IMG/VR virus record: IMGVR_UViG_3300022924_000018
Location: 12,637-76,636 of that record
From: a virus
Direction: 5' to 3' (one strand)
Length of the DNA: 64,000 nucleotides
Positions 61,877-64,000 of this stretch are shown one piece after another. The position numbers and the translations under genes were made by a program. How positions within the stretch are numbered: position 1 is the stretch's first letter; each line of letters begins with the position of its first letter. Under the pieces are notes generated by a model. That model did no database searches and was not told where the DNA came from. It was given only the letters and a program-made list of their open reading frames with translations.

Positions 61877-62503
61877 ATGACTAAATCAGTATTTGCAGAG
61901 AATGTATTAATCGCTATGGGCGGTGGGGTATTAACAAATGAGTTAGCTATACAAAGAGTTGATATATTTGCTTTTCTACCTGCTGCTGTCAATTATGCTT
62001 TAACTGCGGGAAGAAACACTTCTTTATCGCAAGAAGGCAACAGAGATTTACCATCTATGTTCTACGGTACATTTACTGATTTAGTTATTGACAGAACAAC
62101 TAATACCGCATTCGTAACCTTACCTAAAGGATATGTTCCTTTATACGGAAACGAAGGTGTAAGGTCTGTATTCGATGACTGTGGCAATTACTATGCACCC
62201 TTAATGGATGCCGACAGAAGGCTTATAAAGGCTTATAAAGACAAACTAACAGAACAAGGGTTCTATTATCCAATTGGCAAAAATAAACTAGAAGTATATC
62301 CAACAAATCCATTGGTAGAGATGCTTAATGGAGAATATATTGTAAGGGTACAGGATTTAGCAGATGATGATGAATTGCCTTTACCTGCGGATACGGAGAT
62401 GATGGCGGTACAGCTTTTAGCACAATGGTTTACAGACCCACGCAAACGTCCTGCCGATTTAATTAACAATAAAAGTGACGACGCTAACGTAATTAAACGA
62501 TGA
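61877..62503 (+). CDS. Tail ring protein
   Basis: DDDELPLP motif; synteny. Confidence 0.6.
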   Translation: MTKSVFAENVLIAMGGGVLTNELAIQRVDIFAFLPAAVNYALTAGRNTSLSQEGNRDLPSMFYGTFTDLVIDRTTNTAFVTLPKGYVPLYGNEGVRSVFDDCGNYYAPLMDADRRLIKAYKDKLTEQGFYYPIGKNKLEVYPTNPLVEMLNGEYIVRVQDLADDDELPLPADTEMMAVQLLAQWFTDPRKRPADLINNKSDDANVIKR

Positions 62504-63246
62504 GTAAAGCATTAGTATCTATAAAAACAATTGCATCTAACGTTTCAGCAGGAATGGGAGATAGCACAGGTAAATATGAATTTACTATTGGTCGTCATCT
62601 ATTAAGCGGATGGAGAGAATTAAACCTATTCTTAAACCAAGAGTTTGATGTAGAAACTGCTGTTCTTGAATATGACAACGTTGTAAATTTACCTTGTAAT
62701 TTTGTGTATGAAACTAAGGTAGGTATCTTAAAGAACGGACATTTAGCGGTATTATCACTTGATAAAAGCATCAGAAAAGAAAACCTTAACCAAAAGCAAT
62801 CAGAAGAAAGAGTTGACTGTATTTTTAGAGGTGAGTATAGCGGAGAATATTACCCTTTTTACAACGCATACCGAAATGGTAACTACTTAGGAGAATTGTA
62901 CGGGTTTGGCAGAGGAGTACATTGTGCAGGCTATTACAACATTGACAAGAAAACAGGCGAGATTTATATAGGCAGTCAAGTACCCGAAGGTGCAGAGATT
63001 GTTATTGAATACAAATCAGACGGCATTTCAGACGGTTTGAAGCTTGTGCCTAGTGAATGTGAATTAACATTGAGTTATTGGGCTAAAGCAAGGTTCTTTG
63101 AAGATAAAGGCGACCTAAATAAAGCCGAATGGAATGAAATAAGATACGAACGTCACTATAACAAACTACAAAGACTTTACAACTTCCAAAGTGCCTTATA
63201 TGCAGCAGCTAAATTAAATGAGTCGTTCAGCCCCACAAACTACTAA
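62500..63246 (+). CDS. Tail ring / tubular protein
   Basis: VNLPCNFVYETKVG, IVIEYKSDG; synteny. Confidence 0.65.
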   Translation: MSKALVSIKTIASNVSAGMGDSTGKYEFTIGRHLLSGWRELNLFLNQEFDVETAVLEYDNVVNLPCNFVYETKVGILKNGHLAVLSLDKSIRKENLNQKQSEERVDCIFRGEYSGEYYPFYNAYRNGNYLGELYGFGRGVHCAGYYNIDKKTGEIYIGSQVPEGAEIVIEYKSDGISDGLKLVPSECELTLSYWAKARFFEDKGDLNKAEWNEIRYERHYNKLQRLYNFQSALYAAAKLNESFSPTNY

Positions 63247-63248
63247 AG

Positions 63249-64000
63249 ATGCCATCAAATCAGAAAAAAATTGCAACACATACTTTCGTAGATGGCATTG
63301 ATACTGTTACTGCTGATGCCTTAATGCGTCCAACGAGCGCTAGATATATCCTTAACTGCTATATAAACTCTACAGGAGTAGGTAATGTTGGTATAGTAAC
63401 CAATATAAAGGGTAATACTCAAATACAAACTCCCTTACCATTAGGGCAAAACAAAACAATCGGAACTGCTGTAGACGAGGAAAAAAACCTTTTCTACTTT
63501 TTTGTTTGGAATGAAAACGGCTACCATACCATATTTGAATATAACGCTTTAACAAAAGCAATTATTCCAGTTCTGCAATCTATTACCGACACAGGGGGAT
63601 TTGATATTCTTAACTTCAATAGAGATTATTTAATATTAATGACCGATGTGGTAAATAACGATTTATTGTATTGGGTAGATGGCTTAAATGATGCTAGGAA
63701 AATAAACATCAGAAAGGCTTTAGATAAAAGTGCTACAGGCTATGGAGCAGGTGTTTTAGAGGAATACATCAACGCATATAAGTTAGCGCCTTCACAAGCC
63801 CCTGTGCCTGTTTATTTCAGCGACTTATCTAAACCAATAAACACTCTATACGGAACACTAAGAAAATTCACTTATAGATTCAGATATGATGATGGAGAGT
63901 TAAGTAACTATAGCGATTTCAGTAATGTGCCTTTACCTCCAAAAGAAAGCTTTACAGGAGTTAATGCGATTCCTACAGATAACAATGGAATAAAGATTAC
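63249..64000 (+). CDS. Muzzle / tail stabilization protein (3' truncated, not in ORF track)
   Basis: Open frame MPSNQKKIATHTFVDGIDT...ARYILNC...VTNIKGN...LLYWVDG..RKINI running to the window end. Confidence 0.75.
   Translation, partial: MPSNQKKIATHTFVDGIDTVTADALMRPTSARYILNCYINSTGVGNVGIVTNIKGNTQIQTPLPLGQNKTIGTAVDEEKNLFYFFVWNENGYHTIFEYNALTKAIIPVLQSITDTGGFDILNFNRDYLILMTDVVNNDLLYWVDGLNDARKINIRKALDKSATGYGAGVLEEYINAYKLAPSQAPVPVYFSDLSKPINTLYGTLRKFTYRFRYDDGELSNYSDFSNVPLPPKESFTGVNAIPTDNNGIKI

Noticed and set aside
258-63561. Opposite-strand and alternative-frame ORFs in the track (e.g. 258-488, 4593-5159, 8558-8851, 22579-22836, 59708-59983, 63370-63561)
   Set aside because: Shadows of longer genes with recognisable motifs
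1-64000. Stop-codon reassignment as in some crAss-like phages
   Set aside because: Long genes are intact in the standard code, and TAG/TGA end genes cleanly (MCP TAG followed by a terminator; ATGA overlaps)
1-64000. CRISPR array, DGR/retron, integrase or transposase
   Set aside because: No regularly spaced repeat array and no reverse transcriptase, recombinase or transposase motifs seen

Overview
AT-rich (roughly one third GC by eye) segment of a tailed dsDNA phage, probably infecting Bacteroidota. The host call rests on TAnnTTTG -7 promoters, A-rich starts without Shine-Dalgarno, signal peptides cleaved before Q, and a DUF3127-type SSB. Layout: (1) 1-12030 (+): end of the virion/tail module, a peptide plus membrane-protein cluster, a beta-helix protein and a lysis cassette (muramidase, holin, spanin). 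(2) 12043-36720 (-): dense early/accessory block of small ORFs with SSB, ERF, Gp157, RuvC-like, YopX, UDG-like and HNH genes and many structured intergenic segments. (3) ~36720-37330: divergent non-coding control region. (4) 37339-45860 (+): lambdoid-style replication/recombination genes (NinB-like, O-like initiator with iterons, DnaB-like helicase). (5) 45974-64000 (+): GroES-like, TerL, a glycosyltransferase/FkbM cluster, then crAss-like portal, scaffold, MCP, ring proteins and a truncated muzzle gene. Best candidates for undescribed biology: two paralogous cassettes of promoter, covarying pseudoknotted leader RNA and TTG-started 257-aa double winged-helix gene; two aberrant tRNA-like RNAs; a Cys-containing peptide with five membrane proteins; and a six-GT glycosylation island. 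All family assignments are from motif recognition by eye; no database searches were run.
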